A DNA stretch of 64,000 bases, from assembly GCF_009914755.1 (NCBI RefSeq), contig NC_060947.1. One strand, given 5' to 3'. The notes below the pieces were generated by a model. The model searched no databases and was not told the origin of the DNA. It saw nothing but the letters and a program-made list of their open reading frames with translations. Of this stretch, positions 62,848 through 64,000 are shown one piece after another. Numbering within the stretch: position 1 is the first letter of the stretch; every line of letters begins with the position of its first letter. A program made the position numbers and the translations under genes. The stretch comes from the human T2T-CHM13v2.0 reference genome, Homo sapiens.

Positions 62848-63829
62848 GCCACATGTCCTTTAACTCACAGAGAGTGATGGGGAAGGTCAGGGTTGAAGCG
62901 TGGTATGAAAACCCCAAAGCCTTGCCCAGTGTGTGTCAACTCTGACTTGATGTACAGCTTGAACTGGCTATTTTGTCCTCTAGTAGGCAGGGTCTTCACA
63001 AGCCAGGTGAATGTTGGAACCCAAGGACCTGACTGGGGGGAAAGCTGCACTTCATACCTGGGGTTCTATCCACCTGGGGAGGATATTGGTCAGTATCCCC
63101 TTCCCTGAGAATCAGACACATGTGTGCATTTGCCAGGGTTTCCCTTGCCAGGCAAGCATAGCAGAGGTATGGCCTTTAATTGCCTTTGGTTCTCAAAGTG
63201 TTCTGAGCAGTATACCTGAACCACTATGCTTGTTGGTCTGCTCACTTTGCTGTTTTGTTTTTTGAGTAGAGGGAATAGGTTTAATATTACAAAACAAGTC
63301 TTGGCTTGACAGCACAGATAGATGCCTTTGCATGAATGAAAAAGTCAAATCTGGGAGAATGGAGAATGGAAGACCTTAGAGCTTTAGATTTTTCTCTAAC
63401 ATGTTTTATTCAAAGCCTGTTTACCTCTGGATATGGAAATCGGGGACATCCTTTACTTAAAGCCTCTGCAGTGATAACAGCCTAAGTTAGGGCCCCAGCT
63501 CCATTCTAGGTATTTGTTGCTTGGTAGGAAGAAAATCAAAACAGTAAGAAATGAGTGGTTTTACCCATAGTAGCTTGATCCTGGTGGTAAGACAGGGAAT
63601 TGCACCAAAGATCTGACAAATGGTGGGGATTTAAAAAATGCTCAGGATGGTTCTCCCCTCTGTGTCAGAACACATTATTTGAGGCTAAAAGGAGAGGAGA
63701 CTCTTCTTTATGTACTTTTTAAATTGAACTGTAACTAATACACAATAAAATATACGGGTATTCAGTTCAGTGAGTTTTGACATTTGCTTACATCCAGGTA
63801 ACTGCTACCCAAAACAAGACACAGACCAA

Positions 63830-64000
63830 CTCTGTCCAATAGCAATATAATACAAGCCACATCTACAATTTTAAGTTTTTTTGCAGCCACATTAGAAAAG
63901 GTAAAAAGATACAGGTGAGATTAATTTTAACACTATATTTTCAATCCAGTGTATTTGAGTCATCATCATTTCAACACATAATTAACATAGAAATTATAAT
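63830..64000. mobile_element. MER3/MER33-like hAT element (cut by window end), adjacent to an old antisense L1 3' fragment (~63710-63830)
   Basis: ctgtccaatag..atataatacaagccacat...gcagccacattagaaaaggtaaaaagatacaggtgagattaattttaa. Confidence 0.7.

Overview
Human (primate) genomic DNA containing the 5' end of AFF2 (FMR2) at the FRAXE fragile site on Xq28. About 11 kb of upstream sequence is followed by a CpG island (~10.5-12.45 kb) carrying a normal-size (GCC)16 repeat (11224-11271). Exon 1 has 47 coding nt (11687-11733, MDLFDFFRDWDLEQQ-C, donor TG|gtaggt). The remaining ~52 kb is intron 1, and exon 2 is not in the window. The rest is typical mammalian repeat landscape: 5 Alus, two 5'-inverted L1s, MIR/L2, MER5/MER20/MER94/MER53/MER3/Tigger DNA-transposon relics, one solo LTR and microsatellites. 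Nearly all ORF-track entries are spurious. The most notable observations are: the reading-frame architecture around the GCC repeat (ATG-initiated poly-Pro uORF, stop-free poly-Ala and poly-Arg frames overlapping the AFF2 start, antisense poly-Gly ORF with a GTG in strong Kozak context); a possible repeat-skipping alternative first exon in phase with exon 1; a ~165 bp duplication 7.76 kb apart that I cannot assign to a TE family; a 77-bp x3 tandem repeat; and a tail-only retro-insertion with a 19-bp TSD. Repeat family names are from recall of consensus sequences and TE boundaries are approximate.
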